Assembly: GCA_964016885.1 (NCBI GenBank)
Contig: OZ024743.1
Location: forward strand, 250,232,001-250,296,000
Source of the DNA: Eledone cirrhosa
Lineage: Eukaryota
Length of the DNA stretch: 64,000 nt
Direction of reading: 5' to 3'
The first letter of the stretch is position 1. Every line of letters starts with the position of its first letter. The notes beneath the pieces are model-generated. The model searched no databases. It was given only the letters and a program-made list of their open reading frames with translations, and was not told where the DNA came from. The position numbers and the translations under genes were made by a program. Shown in pieces: positions 11,493 to 25,420 of the stretch.

Positions 11493-12979
11493 CAGTAATA
11501 CCTGAGATTATATTAAATATTTAGATGTGGTGTATGTGTAGTGACGTGTGGTGTGATGTGTGTAGTGTGGTGTGGTGTATGTATGTGTGGTGTAGTGTGC
11601 CATGTAGAATATGATGTGGTGTAATTTGGTATAGTGTGTAATGTAATGTATCTGTGGTGTGGTATGTGTAGTGTGGTGTGGTATATGTACTCTAGTATAG
11701 TGTATGATATGGTGTGGTGTGAGATGTGGTGTGTAGTGAGTGTGATGTGTGCTGTGTGTATTATAGGTGTGTGTAATGTGTGTGGGTGTGTGTCAATGCA
11801 CCGACACACATACTATGATAACCACTAGGTCATATTTATAAACGAGGAATTGATTTTGTTACAGAGAGAGGAGAAAAGAGAAAACAGGCTCTCAGAATAT
11901 GAAAACTAATTAAAAAAAGAATACAGCTCAGAAAACCCATTTTGAAAGACAAAAAAAAACCCACACCATAAAAAGCTACATTGACATCATTCATACTATA
12001 CAACCCCAATATCCAACTTATCAAATAAAACCCCAATATGGGCATGATTCAAACAGACATTTTGATGAAAGGGGTGTCAGAGACTTTTTAGACACAGAAA
12101 TAGGTTAACAAAGGAAGAAAACACACAGCAATATCGGGTGTACATAAATAATTCTGGACAAAACCAGAGTCACTCCAAAAGGGATAACCACAAAGAGGAT
12201 CCATATAAAGATAGAACAACAAAAAAGAATCTAAACTTCAAAGAGACTAGACCCCACAACTGGGAATACAGAAATAATTTCACCACATAAAGAACAAGTA
12301 CAAGTTAGAGGACAACATATACAATACGGAAATACACTAAATAACAACATAAAAAAATACTTATGATAAAAGTAATATGGAGGAACTTCATTCTAATAAT
12401 CGTTGTTAGACAAAAATCAGAAGTACAGGGACTAAAAGTGAGAGACTAAAAATAATCGATCACAAAAGTCATGAACACCCATATAAATAAATATATTAAG
12501 TAAAAGATTAAAATGTACATCAACTCCGCAAGAACTAAATATTCCAGAAATTTAAGATGATATTTCAGACTTCTGCAGAAGACAGACTAGTGGAACAATT
12601 CTTTGAAGAATAAAACAATAATATATCATTGATCACAAGCAAAAATGAATGTCAACCCTGACAAAAAAGCAAGGATACAGCCTTTGATGAATTTTGTGAA
12701 TAGATCTCAAACTTTCTGGAAATGAAATGAAGTTCAACTCCAACAATGAAACCATCTAAATGATCTAAAACTAGACAAGAACATTCATATATTTCAAATC
12801 TAAGGACTCCTGACAGCTTCTTTTTACATCAACTCATCTGCAAAAGACACCTGGATTAACATTCAATTCATTTAACTAAGAAAATCTGTACAATAATCTC
12901 AAACTCAACATGAAGAGACAACGGTCCAGAAAAGATGAAAAAAATACTCAAAAGCAGATATATGATGATGTATGTATAT

Positions 12980-13188
12980 ACAGTATGTATGAAAATGAAT
13001 CATCCGATTTTATTTACAACTGTTACAAATGCACAATATGTAAATAACTTTATAAAAATTTATAGAAGTTATAAAAAAAGAACAAAACTTTATATTCAGA
13101 TATGTATTATACAAGTTACCACATGATTATATGGTTATTTGTTTAAAAAATATAGTCTTTTGAAATATAGCAGTTTTGATACACCCTG
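12980..13188. mobile_element. Decayed Tc1/mariner-type MITE
   Basis: TA-cagtatgtatgaaaat ... cagttttgatacaccctg-TA imperfect TIRs. Confidence 0.45.
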
Positions 13189-13261
13189 TATATTTATATA
13201 TATGTATATATCTCTGTGCATATATGTATGTATATGAATGAATATGTATATATATAGATGT

Positions 13262-14139
13262 ATGAAACTACATCACAAAACAGAGGATGAACCAGATGTA
13301 CAAAGATCATCAACAACAAAGAATAAGAAGTGCACAGAATAGACAGGGTGAATCAGAGTAACAAAGATCAAAAAAGGTTGCTGAAGATAGGGCAATGAAA
13401 CAACTATTTGTCAAGAGGAATCAAAAGTATGAAAATCATTAAGACAGCAAATGGAGAGAAATAGAGCAGCTGAACACCAGCATGAAGAAACTGAAACTCA
13501 AGCAACTCAAAGACTATGTGATTAGAGGGCAAGAACAGAAGATTTACATTTTAAAAAGGTTGCTAAGTGGAACTTTGCTGCTTTTAGTTACAATCCACAT
13601 CAAGACTATGTCTCAGAACCTTTAATTTTAATTTCCTCAAGGAACAAAATTTGTCCAATTTGTGGTGCTAAAAAATGGAAAGGTAAGTCAACTAGATTGT
13701 GCTGGGTAAACGGAAAAATCAAGTTGAAACTATTACATGAGCCACTAGAAATTTTGAGGGGACTGCTATAGGTACAACTACTGAACCAAGGCACTTTCTT
13801 CAAAATATCCAGAAATACAACAATACATTCCAAATGACATCATTTACTGCAAACGTAATCCATTTAGGTGGCTTTATACCAACTTTCAAGGTCCACTTCG
13901 GTCACTTTTAGAAGAAGAACGAAAATATTTATGTTTGTATTTCATCAGTGATATGAAAGCCCAAGCATAGAGAAAATATGAAAGGAATAAAGAAACAAAG
14001 TATGAAATCATATGGCAACTACAAGATATGTACATAAAAGAAACAACTATATTAGAACTTTCAATTATACCCTAGAAAAAGTTTTGAATGAAATTTCATT
14101 ATTTTCTTTAACCTGAGCAATGCTGGGTTCTTCTGCTGG
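13262..14139 (+). mobile_element. Helitron relic: RepHel N-terminal fragments plus 3' terminus
   Basis: Broken frames give ICPICGAKKWKG, NGKIKL, HFLQNIQKYNNTFQMTSF and GGFIPTFKV. The end is aacctgagcaatgctgggtt (degenerate hairpin) followed by CTGG-T (CTRR/T). Confidence 0.78.
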
Positions 14140-14166
14140 TTTATATATATAATATATATATGTATA

Positions 14167-14464
14167 AGTGTGAAAAAAAGAAAAGAATGACTTCACTTGT
14201 AGTTAGTTCTAAACAATTTAATTTTATAATATTATAATTTGACAATCGCCACAGACGAATGCGAGAAAGTTCTCCAGGAAAGTTAATCAGGAATCTTTAA
14301 AAAATTTCCCCACCAAAGTTAAGAAAGAACTTACTAGTTCTACAAAACCAAATTGTAAAATTATAATATTATAAAATTAAATTGTTTAGAACTACAAGTG
14401 AAGTCATTCTTTTCCTTTTTTTCAAATATACCTAACTGTAACAAGAATTTCACACATTTTCCAA
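14167..14464 (+). mobile_element. Fold-back insertion, ~66-bp arms with a one-sided tail
   Basis: ~14174-14241 is the inverse of ~14358-14424. The right arm is preceded by aaaccaaattgta, resembling a decayed GAAAC..GUA. Lies in (TA)n. Confidence 0.65.
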
Positions 14465-14486
14465 TATATATATATATATATATATA

Positions 14487-14730
14487 TCACCATCGTCATC
14501 ATTTAACGTCTATCTTCCACGCTAGCATGGGTTAGACAGGAATTGTCTCATTTGAGGTAAGATTGGTCGGGTGACCGTGTCTTGCTCGTATAGGACTATC
14601 TAGCAGGTTTGCTACGGTTTGCTAACATCAACCACATTTATATATATATATATACACATATATGTCACCATCATCATCGTCATTGTTTTAACCTCTGCTT
14701 TCTTTCCCTGCTTGCAAAGATTGGACGGGT
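14487..14730 (-). mobile_element. Two short RTE/SINE 3'-tail fragments
   Basis: tttaacgtctatcttccacgctagcatgggttagac and ccctgcttgcaa...ggacggg, each after a (CAT)n-like tail. Confidence 0.7.
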
Positions 14731-15354
14731 CCATCTTGACCAGAGCCACTGATCCTCCAGGCAAGCCAGGGAGGACTTGTGCGTTTATGTATGGTCTCAT
14801 ATGCCATCGAGTGCTCAGGAGAGGTTGTCATGACTGACACAACTGAGATGTTCTCCCAACACTTTTGGGTGTCTGCAGTACAAAGACTGGAAAAAAACTA
14901 CAAATCAAAGTAGTACTCAATGCACATAGGTGTGCAGAAATATATGTGTGTGCATGTGTGTTGTCCAGTAATCTGTTATAGCACTAAGTAACTTTGTATA
15001 GTCAACTTCTTATTCATGTTTCAGAAACAAAAGAAATGAATGAATTGATAAATATATTACTGTGATGTAATAATTGACAGAGAGGGGATATACTGAAATT
15101 GAGGTACATACAGTCATACATACACACAGTCACATATACAGATACACAATATACACACACACACACTCACACATACACACAAACACTTACACAAACTGAA
15201 ACACTGAAACAAACACATGTATCCCTGTGTATATATATATATAGATGAGTATTAGCAGCACGTGTAGCTAGGCACATAAACACAGGCATACACTCACGCA
15301 CACATATTAGCATCATATACACACAGAAATACACACACACACACACACAAACAG

Positions 15355-15409
<55 letters not shown>

Positions 15410-15772
15410 AATACAACTCTGTATTTTCATACAACCAAGAAATGGTTAAAGATTTCCCATATTTCCGAGATTTCCTTTTTGGGAAAAGATTAGCATTTAT
15501 AGAAGTGCTGCATGTGTGAATATGTGCGGCGCCTGTGGATAATGAATATTTGTGTATGTTACATCCATGTGTGCGTTGAGAGGCACATGTGTGTGTGTGG
15601 TGCTTTTGTGTGTGTATAATGCATGTGTGTGGTGCATGTTGTTGTTTATGTGTTCATGTATGTGGTGTCTTTTTCGTATACATGTGCATATTAGTGTGCA
15701 TGTAAATGAGAACGGTTTTGATCCTGCACATACATATGTACACCATACATATCACATTGAAATATTTAACAG

Positions 15773-15797
15773 AATTTATGAAAGTATTGCATGTAGG

Positions 15798-15880
<83 letters not shown>

Positions 15881-16119
15881 AGAACAAAAGAGAAAGAGAG
15901 ATAGGTAAAAACCTGACTGTGGCACCAAGTGATTTCCACTTGTCTCAGCAATGCAGACTCTCCTCCTCTCTCTCTCTCTATATATATATATGGCCATGTA
16001 TATGCATACACACACACACGTGTGTGTGTGTGTGTGTGTGTGCGTGCGTGTGTGTGCGTGTGCGTGCGTGTGTGCGTATGTATATATATGCACACCGACA
16101 TGCAATACTTTCATAAATT
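15773..16119. mobile_element. Mariner-derived inverted-repeat relic with internal microsatellites
   Basis: 25-bp IR aatttatgaaagtattgcatgt.gg / cc.acatgcaatactttcataaatt. The centre encodes VAPSDFHL (mariner DLAPSDFHLF). Confidence 0.6.
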
Positions 16120-16249
16120 ATATTTACACACACACACACACTAATGCTTACACTCACACATGCACACACACACACACATATATGTATATATATATTATTA
16201 TTATCTGAATTATTGTTGGCTTTTTGCTTACATTAATTTCTCTATTTTC

Positions 16250-16315
<66 letters not shown>

Positions 16316-16591
16316 TCACACAGACTTATGCACATAAATACCTGAACACACAGACACACAAACAAGCAGTAGAGAAATAGTATAAGGCTGTGTACGTGTT
16401 TGTGTGTGTGCATGTATGTATTCCATGAAGAATTCAATGTGTCTGTGTGTATGGCTCTGTGAATTATTGCTGACAGCAGCAGCAATGTGGAAATATCAAT
16501 ACTAAGGATGTTTAGATAAATACCTATGAAGGTATGTGTGTGTCTGTGTGTATGTGTCTATCTACATGCTGCTAATACACAATATCTATAT

Positions 16592-16981
16592 AATCATCAT
16601 CACCGTTTTACGCTAGCATGGGTTAGACGGGTTGTCCTGTTGTGGGCAGTGTCCAGTTGGCTGACCTTGTCTTGCTCATACGGGAACTGATTCTGGCTGC
16701 CCTTCCTAACACCAACCTCATTTACAGTGAGTGCTTGGTGCTTTTTTTCCATGGCGCCTAAACGTCTACTTTACAGTGAGTGCGGGGTGCTTTTTTTTTG
16801 CCGTGGCACCTCCACGACCACTTTGCAGTGGAATAATAGGGACCCCAGTCCCTATCATCTCATTTCTATAGCTGAGTAAACTGGAGCAATGTGAAATAAA
16901 GTGTCTTGCTCAAGGAAACAACACAACACCCGGTCTGAGAATTGAACTCACAACCTTTCGATTGCAAGCCCAATGTTCTAG
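16592..16981 (-). mobile_element. SINE family A, head-truncated, with variant or chimeric tail
   Basis: Body matches 2806-3175; tttacagtgagtgc unit duplicated; tail of the acgctagcatgggttagacg type. Confidence 0.85.
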
Positions 16982-17247
16982 CCCCTCTATACTTATGTTT
17001 GAGTGTGTGTGTGTTTAAGTGTGTGTGTACGCATGTGTGTGTCTATCTACATGCAGCAAATACAGTCTATGTCCAGTTATACATATTTGTGTGAGCCGGT
17101 GTTTGTGTGTGTATGTGTGTGCCTCTGCATTTGTGGGTGCATGTTTGAGCGTGTGCATATGAGTGTGTATGTGCATGTGTGTGTGTATATGAGTCTGTAT
17201 GTGTGTGTGTGTGTGTGCATATGTGTAGATTGGTATGACTAGCATAT

Positions 17248-17470
17248 AGCAGGCATGACTTAATAGTTAAGAAGTTCACTTCAGAATCATGAGGTCCTGT
17301 GTTCAATCCCACTATGTGGTATCTTAAGCAAGTGTGTTTACCATGTCCTCACATTGACAAAAGACTTCAGTTAAATTGGGCAGACAGAAGTTGCATGGAA
17401 GCCCATTTGATGGATTGTACCTGTAATTCAAAGCTGAAGTCTTGTCACATATTGTCATGCACATTAGACT
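17248..17470 (+). mobile_element. Old tRNA-derived SINE
   Basis: gcaggcatgacttaatagttaagaag...gtgttcaatccc...cttaagcaagtgt: decayed A/B boxes and CORE-like body. Confidence 0.55.
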
Positions 17471-18171
17471 TGGGAATTATTGTATATATTTGAATATAAG
17501 CAGCCCTTAATTGTCTCTCCCTACTTTATGTCTGATAATTGGGCAAAAAGCCAAACCCTGTGTATAAGCTGAGGTAGCCAATGAACACATTATATTTAGA
17601 TGATGCACTTCTGAAATTCTCAGGAGTGGAGAATATATTTATGAAGTTTTAATACTTTGATATTGAAAATGTTTTAAATGTTTAATGTATTGTTTATGTT
17701 TCACAACTCCATTACATAATGAGTTTTTACCCTTTTATCCATTTTATAAAGTTTCAAAAAGTTTCTTTAATTTTTGTTTTCTTCTGACTACTATGTACAA
17801 GGGGACATAATGAATAAGGTAATAGTTGAAAGACAGAGATCAATTAAGAGGGCATTTTATAAGGATTCAGAGTAGAAGATGGGGGGGAGATACAGCAAGG
17901 GCAAAGTGAGAAAAAGAGAGGGTGAGAGCGAAAGAAGGGAAAAAGAGCTAGAGCAATAAAATACAAGACAAGATTGAAAGAAGAAGTATAATTCAGTCAC
18001 AGAATAAAACAGTTGGCGCATGTGTGCATGCACATATGCATGCATGTGTCTATTTTTATGTGTTAAAAAGTTAAATTATAAAAATTTGTTGGGAATGTTC
18101 TGAAGAGAATGCATAAATAACACTCATGACAATGTAGTAAATATAGAAAAGCAGTGTTTCATTGTAAAATA

Positions 18172-18283
18172 ATTGTTTCTACTTTAGGCACAAGGCCAGC
18201 AATTACCCAGTACATTATTGGTACTTTATTTTATCGACCCCGTAAGGATGAAAGGCAAAGTTAACCTCAGCGGGATTTGAACT
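18172..18283 (-). mobile_element. SINE family B, head-truncated
   Basis: Close match to the inverse of 57075-57188. Confidence 0.85.
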
Positions 18284-20024
18284 TATTGTAAAATAATGAT
18301 TCCAAATAGTTTAGCACTGAATTTACATAGAATTTGAAATTGGTGAAAATCGTCAAAATATTTCTTAGTTTATACATGGTAGCTTAAGGGTACACATGTC
18401 AGAAGAATACTCATCCACTTACACTATAGCGCATGTATGCAGATAGTGGAGGTGGTGGCAATGGTAATCGTCGTAGAAAACTCGAGAAGAGAGAGAAAGT
18501 CGAGGGATGTGATGAGGTGGTGGGGCAATGGATGATAGCCTCTGTAGGTATGAAAGTATTAAGTCAGTGAGTAGTAAGTCAGAGAGTGATAGAAAGAGAG
18601 CGAGTGAGAGCAATTGAAAGAGAAAGAAAGGTTGAGAGAGTTACAGAGCAATAAAGATGGAGGGAGGGAGGGAGGGAGGGAGGGAGGGAGAGAGAGCTGA
18701 AAGTATTTTCCTCCTTTCAAAAAAATAACAATTATATCAAATATATAAAACTAAACAAAGGTAAAATACAGAGGAAAGAAGAAAAAAAGAAGCTGGAAGG
18801 AGAAAAAGAATGAAAAAAAAGACATGGGGATGGTGGTGGAAGATATAGGGAACCAAGGTGAATGTCACAGGGGGGGGGTAGAAACAGAGGAGGAGGAGCT
18901 CTTTTAATTACAGTTAAAGATGAGAAGACAATGATTGGAGAGATGGGGAATGGGTACTTAGGTGGAGGGGGAGAGAGAACTGCCAGAAGGAATTATAGGG
19001 AGTGTATGTGAAAGATAGAGGGGTGTCAGATAGTAAGACGAAAAATAACAAAAAGAAAAAAGAAAAAAGAAAGATAAAAGAAAAAAGAAAAAAGAAAAAA
19101 GAAAAAGAAGAAGAAGAAGAAGAAGGGGAAGGAGGTATTTAAAATTAGATATGTCAGGTTTTAATGAATGAATGAAAAAATAGAGAAAATAAGAAAAAAG
19201 AAAGAAATAATTAACATGAAGGTGGTGGGAGTGTATTATTAAGAACTGCCTTTCTTTTTTCTGTGTGTTTATTGACAGATTGGTTGGTTGATCAGTCGGT
19301 CAGTCCAGTCCAGGGTCTATTGTCAGATGATGACCCCCCACCCCTAGTCTCTGAGACCCAAGGATTGTTCATGACTGCTACCCCTTACCCCACCTCCACT
19401 CACTAACATATGCAAAAATAACTTCTTTATTAGTCACACGGGCTTGCTTATAGAATGCAGTGAATGTTACATATAAACATAAACTAAATTAATACAGCCA
19501 TCAACTTGCAATCAAGTAAGACTTGGTTGTATGTAAGATGCTTTCACTAAGGGTTTCAGGAACCTATGCAGTCATGAGCAAACACAGACATTCCCACTCC
19601 TTTGATCCTGTGAAACATCCAGATTGTTGACAGCTAGAAGGAAAGAGGGCTGCACCAGAGCAGGGTTGGTATTACTTTATCAACCCCAAGATGATGAAAG
19701 ATTAAGTGAACTTTGGCAAGATTTGAACTCAGAATGCAGAGACCCGGAACAAATATCCCATGCTCTAACAACTTTACCAACTAATATTACAAACATAAAA
19801 TACATGTGAGACTGGACAAACAAAACTAATTAAAGCTATATATAAAATGAGAGTAGAGGCATGAGTGTAACACAATGGCCAGATAAAAAAATAAAATAAT
19901 TACAAAAGTATTATGAAATGTGCAGTAACACAAGATATAATATAAAACATGAAAAATGTTTGGGATTAACCATCCACACATGGGTGGTTAACACAATAGT
20001 TCAGTCAGAACACCCCACATAATA

Positions 20025-20420
20025 GTGATTTATAATTTAGACACAAGGCCAGCAATTTCGGGGTAGGAGAAAGTTGATTATAACAACCTCAGTACTTTAC
20101 TTATATCTTATTTTATCAACCTCGAAATGATGAAAGGCAAAGTTTACCTTCGTAAGACTTGAACTCAGAACATAAAAAGCCAGAACAAATATTACAAAAC
20201 ATTTATCTGACACCATGCCAATCTATCATCTAATTCTTTCTAACATTGGCACAAGATTAGCAATTTGGTGGAAGGAGAACGGCTTTTATATTGACCCAAG
20301 TAATTGACTGGCAATTTATTGACTCCAGAAAGATAAAAGGCAAAACCGACCTCAACAGAATTCGAACTCAGAACTCAAGGAGCCAAGCAAATACTACACA
20401 TTCATCCAACACTCTAATGC
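20025..20420 (-). mobile_element. Two tandem decayed SINE family B copies
   Basis: cacaaggccagcaattt...gatgaaaggcaaag...gaactcagaac occurs twice. Confidence 0.7.
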
Positions 20421-20725
20421 CTTTGCAATAATAATCCTGCTAGTTACCAGATTGGACTGGGCATTTTATATTGCGTAAACCAATATATACTCTACCATAA
20501 ACACAAAACAATATATGACTTCAAACCGATCTAAGCCTTTACAAACCAAACAGTTTATCATCAAATCAATTAATCTTGATTTAGAAGGCTATATACAAAC
20601 CACACAAACTATATAGTAAAAAAACAATAGTCACATTCATAATAAGAACCACAACCAAAACACATTCCTATGGAAAACAATAATAAAATCCACTCTAATT
20701 ACTGGTATGGAGGTGACAAATGTGT

Positions 20726-21121
20726 ATCATCATTTCCTTTTACGTCCACTTTTCCTTGCTTGCAAGGGTGGGACGGGAACTGATTCTGGCTTGATTTCTA
20801 CAGCTGGATGCCCTTCCTAACACCAACCTCATTTACAGTGAGTGCTTGGTGCTTTTTTTCCATGGCGCCTACATTCCACTTTACAGTGTGGGCTGGGTGT
20901 TTTTTGTTTTTTGTTTTTTGCCGTGGCACCTCCATGACCACTTTACAGTGGAATGATAGAGACCCCAGTCCCTATCATCTCATTTCTACAGCTGAGTAAA
21001 CTGGAGCAATGTGAAATAAAGTGTCTTGCTCAAAGAAACAACACATCGCCTGGTCTGAGAATTGAACTCACAACCTTTCAATTGCAAAGCCAATGCTCTA
21101 ACCACTAAGCCATGTGCCTCC
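20726..21121 (-). mobile_element. SINE family A, full length, with duplicated tail unit
   Basis: Matches the inverse of 8731-9070. Confidence 0.92.
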
Positions 21122-21143
21122 ATATATATATATAGAGAGAGAG

Positions 21144-21319
21144 ACGAAGGAGTTGTGATAAGGAACCAGATGGACCATAATGCACCAGAGTACTCAATAC
21201 TTAGGGTAGTAGAGTGGGTAATAGGAGAAAGTATAACCCCGACGGCAGAGCTCAAGCCATTTCAACGGCTATTTCTGGACAGAAATAGTCCAGAAATAGC
21301 CGTCGGAGTCATACTTTCT

Positions 21320-21324
<5 letters not shown>
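21144..21324 (-). mobile_element. Fold-back insertion, same subfamily as 37621-37797
   Basis: Arms ataggagaaagtataaccccgacggc / gccgtcggagtcatactttctcctat. Motif ACTC-TACT-ACCCTA-AGTA-TT-GAGT on minus at 21192-21215. Confidence 0.75.
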
Positions 21325-21412
<88 letters not shown>

Positions 21413-22350
21413 ACACATATAGAACCCATGCTAGCATAGAAAATGGGCATTGAATATTAGTTACTTCAATCTAGTGATTAAGGCAAGCCAAGAATCAAGG
21501 TAGAGTCGCTCACTTCTGTGAATTGAGAGATCACAGCTCCGATACTATGAGCATGTGCTTAGAAGGTCTTAGGAAAGAATTGCTGGACAGATTTTACAAG
21601 CAAAACTAACCAGCAGGAGACCTTGAGCAATATGGTTGGATAACATCCATGAGCTTGGCTGGTCACACTTAGGGATCCAGCTGGATCAGTTGGAGACGGT
21701 TGCTTCTAGGACCTGCTGGAGGGAGTGTTTCAGGACTCTGCCCCCCCCCCCCCCCCGTGGCCCTCTCAGGAATAAGTGGGCGAAGAAGAAGAAAAAGAAT
21801 ATATATATTACCACCCAGTTGTGATGCCAGCAGACATATGTGGTAATATATGATTGCACAACTACAGCTATAATTGCATAAGCATCTGATGAAGTCACAT
21901 GCATAACCATGTAACAGAAATATCATGCAAAAAACCAATTATGGTGAAATAGCCCCATCTTAACTACTCTTATTTGATATATATATACATACATACATAT
22001 GCACTTATATATATATATATATATATACATACATATACACTTACATATACATACATATATACGCATACATATATATATGTATATACATACATGCAATATA
22101 TATATATATATATGTATATACATACATGCAATATATATATATATATATGTATATACATACATGCATATATATATATATATATGTATATACATACATGCAT
22201 ATATATATATATATGTATATACATACATGCATATATATATATATATACATACATGCATACATATATATATACATACATACATGCATACATATATATATAT
22301 ATACATACATATACCCATATATATATATATACATACATATACCCATATAT

Positions 22351-22401
<51 letters not shown>

Positions 22402-22832
22402 CTGATCAATAGCCTCTTATATTCAAATTTCTGTGATGCGTAGCTGGTTCCTCAGACAGGAATAAATAGAATAACTGAATAAAGAGGAAGACAGCAATTA
22501 CCCTAACAACAGATAAATGGAGGTAGGTGATTAACTGAGACCAACCCAACCCCCTATCTCCAACCCTTAGATACTGGTCAGATGTAGTGTGGGGGTGGGG
22601 AATGGGGTATCTGGGAACATGTGCTGAAGGGAAGTGAGGCAAGAAAATGGCTTAGTACCAGTCATGGTGGTGGTGGCACTAGTAATAGTAGTAGTAGTAG
22701 TAGTAGTAGTAGTAAGAAATGTAGTTCTTGGTAAATATTTACAGAGATATTTGTGATTTATGTTCAAAACAGCAGAACTAATGTAAAAGAGGTGTAGGTG
22801 TGTTAAAAGATTAGTTTTTCTTGCTTTAAAAA

Positions 22833-22871
<39 letters not shown>

Positions 22872-24361
22872 TGTTTCTGTTTTCCTTTGGTTCATTTTAT
22901 TGTTGCTACTCATTAATATTGTTAATACTATTATTACTATTACTGTTATTATTATTGCTAAATGCCATAAAATATAGTATTTTACTCTAAGATTCATATT
23001 AGTTCCAGAGAATGAATAAATAAATAACGTTAAAACCCACGGCAACCCACCACCACTTGGTAGGCAACAAGCTTGATACACACACACTATTGGATTTCTA
23101 TACAGACTAAATTTACTGGACATTATCTAGCAGACAGTAAATTGTTTCTCTTCCACTCCCCATTCTCTCACCTGGTAGAAGTGGGAAAACATACATCTTG
23201 TTCATGGACCCCACCCCTCAGTTCCCACTGATTACATTTTGCATTGGACACAAATGAAAGGACTCTATAGTCTTGTCAAGACAACTCCTCTAGTGCTGGT
23301 GCCATGATAAAATTCCCACAGTACACTCTGTAAAATGGGTGATAAATGGTGAGTATGTAGGTTTGAGGGGACTCTTTCATCTTCTCTCATTGAGGACATG
23401 ACCACTTCTCTAGTTCTGTTAGTGCCACAATAAATTGTTCTGGCTCTTAGCATTGTGAACTCAAATTCTGCTGAAACTAATGCTTGTCTGTCTTGGGAGT
23501 TTGTTTTTCTTGAAACAATGTTGCCATTGCTCAAAGAATCTTCACAAAATTTGGCAGGGAGAACCACATTTATCACAGAAAACACCCTAAATGAAAATAT
23601 CCCAACTGCCACTTACCACTGTGGTAAAAAAGATGAATTTAAGAAATGATATGGAGATAGCCTGAAAGTTATAATGGAGTGAGAGTAAAACAGTTAAGGA
23701 GGAGTAAAATATCCATTTTTTGTTATGTAATAAAACAATCATTTTTCGCCCTATTTTCCTCTCTTTCATGTGTGAACATGTATATATAGATTCTTTATGT
23801 GCTTATATGCAGATGTGTGTGTATGTAAATTTATGTAAACACATTAGGGCTCAACATGTGTTTACATGTGATTGGGAGTTTATTTGCAATCTTGGCTCTC
23901 AAAGTACAGGATACAAGATTTGAACTCAGACTTCACATAGCCAGAACAGATACCACAACACATCATGTTCAACACTTTAAATCCACCAATCCACCACACA
24001 CTGGACTGGTCATTTTTTATCTACTCTGGAAGGCAAATTTGACTTTGGTGAGCTTTGAACTTAGGTCAAAGAGAGCTGGAACAAAATTTGATTCTGTAAT
24101 AACTCTGTCTTAGAATATGAATGGCTCTGTTAATGGTGAATCGGCAGAGTTGTGGGGAGTTGTATTAAAAATGCCTCGGAGTTTGTACTGGCTCACTACA
24201 CTATGAGTTCAGATGCTGCAAACATCGATTCTTCCACTCTCTTTCTCTCTCCCTTCTCTGGAAGAAGTTGGTTGTATTCAGGTGTGAGGAGGGGTGGGCT
24301 TCATCAGGTTTAAAATGCCCAAGAGTATGGTGCTCCTACAACTCCATCAGGTATTATGTGT

Positions 24362-24407
<46 letters not shown>

Positions 24408-24671
24408 GAATACATTGCTAACAACCATGAGTAATATATCAATACATTTTCTGACTTGAAAATCAAGCCGAGAACCACTGAATTAGAACATTGTTTACAG
24501 AAACACCTATGGTAATTTAGTTTTTTTTACACCTGGTGTAGCTAATCAATATTCTTCAATTGATTGAAAATAACCTGTAGCTACATACATACCTTGCTTT
24601 GGCTGTGCAAATGGGAGAAACAAAATTCAATACATGGGATATATATATATAATAATAATTATTATTATTAT

Positions 24672-24872
24672 AGCTGGGCGTTGGATTGGCAGTATCGGTA
24701 GAGGGTCGGATGCTATGCTTTGCAGCACAGAGTTATGCCCCTTTATGATCTGAGTTCAAATCCCGCCAAGGTTAACTTTGCCTTTCATCCTTATGGGGTT
24801 GATAAAATAAAGTACCAGTAATGCACTGGTTATTTGCTGGCCTGGTGCCAAAAGTAGAAACAATTATTATTA
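24672..24872 (+). mobile_element. SINE family B, full length
   Basis: Head ggattggcagtatcggtagag..gagttcaaatccc, body gcctttcatcctt..ggggttgataaaataaagtacc, tail gtagaaacaattattatt. Confidence 0.88.
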
Positions 24873-25202
24873 TAGCTGTGAAATTGGCCAGGAATTTTGT
24901 ACTTAAGTGCACTTTGGCAATTTAGATGTATGTGCATGTGTGTATGTGTGTGTGTGTGTGTGTCCACATATGTAGGTTTAGCTCTACAAACAGGAGAAAC
25001 AAATTGCAATACATGGGTAGAGTGATGTCTAATTTACTACAACAGTGAATCTATACCAGTGATTCGAGAGTCAGGGGTTTTGTGTTTAAATGCAGTCTTC
25101 GAATGTTTAGCCAATGTTTTGAGAGTGAAATTTGGTAAATGGAAACTGTGAAAGCCCATCATATATGTGTGTGTGTCTGTGTGTGTATCTCTTTCTCTCT
25201 CT

Positions 25203-25237
<35 letters not shown>

Positions 25238-25239
25238 TG

Positions 25240-25420
25240 TGTATGAATGCAAACAGTCAAGACAGGAGAACAATGCAGTACAATGATGATATAAATTAGT
25301 TTAACACTTGATATATTAGGTAAAATATGTTTAAATTTTTCAGACATTAATCCTTCATCAGAAGATAGATGAGAGAAAGAAGAATAGACAAGAGAATGAA
25401 AGGGAAGAAATGGAAACATA
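25240..25420 (-). mobile_element. Decayed Penelope-like pLTR fragment with hammerhead-core remnant
   Basis: Minus strand CTGATGA-AGGA-TTAATG-TCT-GAAA at 25338-25361; stems I and III not recoverable. Confidence 0.45.

Noticed and set aside
11860-12950. A-rich stretch resembling a decayed retroelement ORF
   Set aside because: No diagnostic motif recoverable by eye; needs a translated search.
24296-24350. Minus-strand CTGATGAAG and CTGATGGAG as hammerhead cores
   Set aside because: No properly spaced GAAA or supporting stems.
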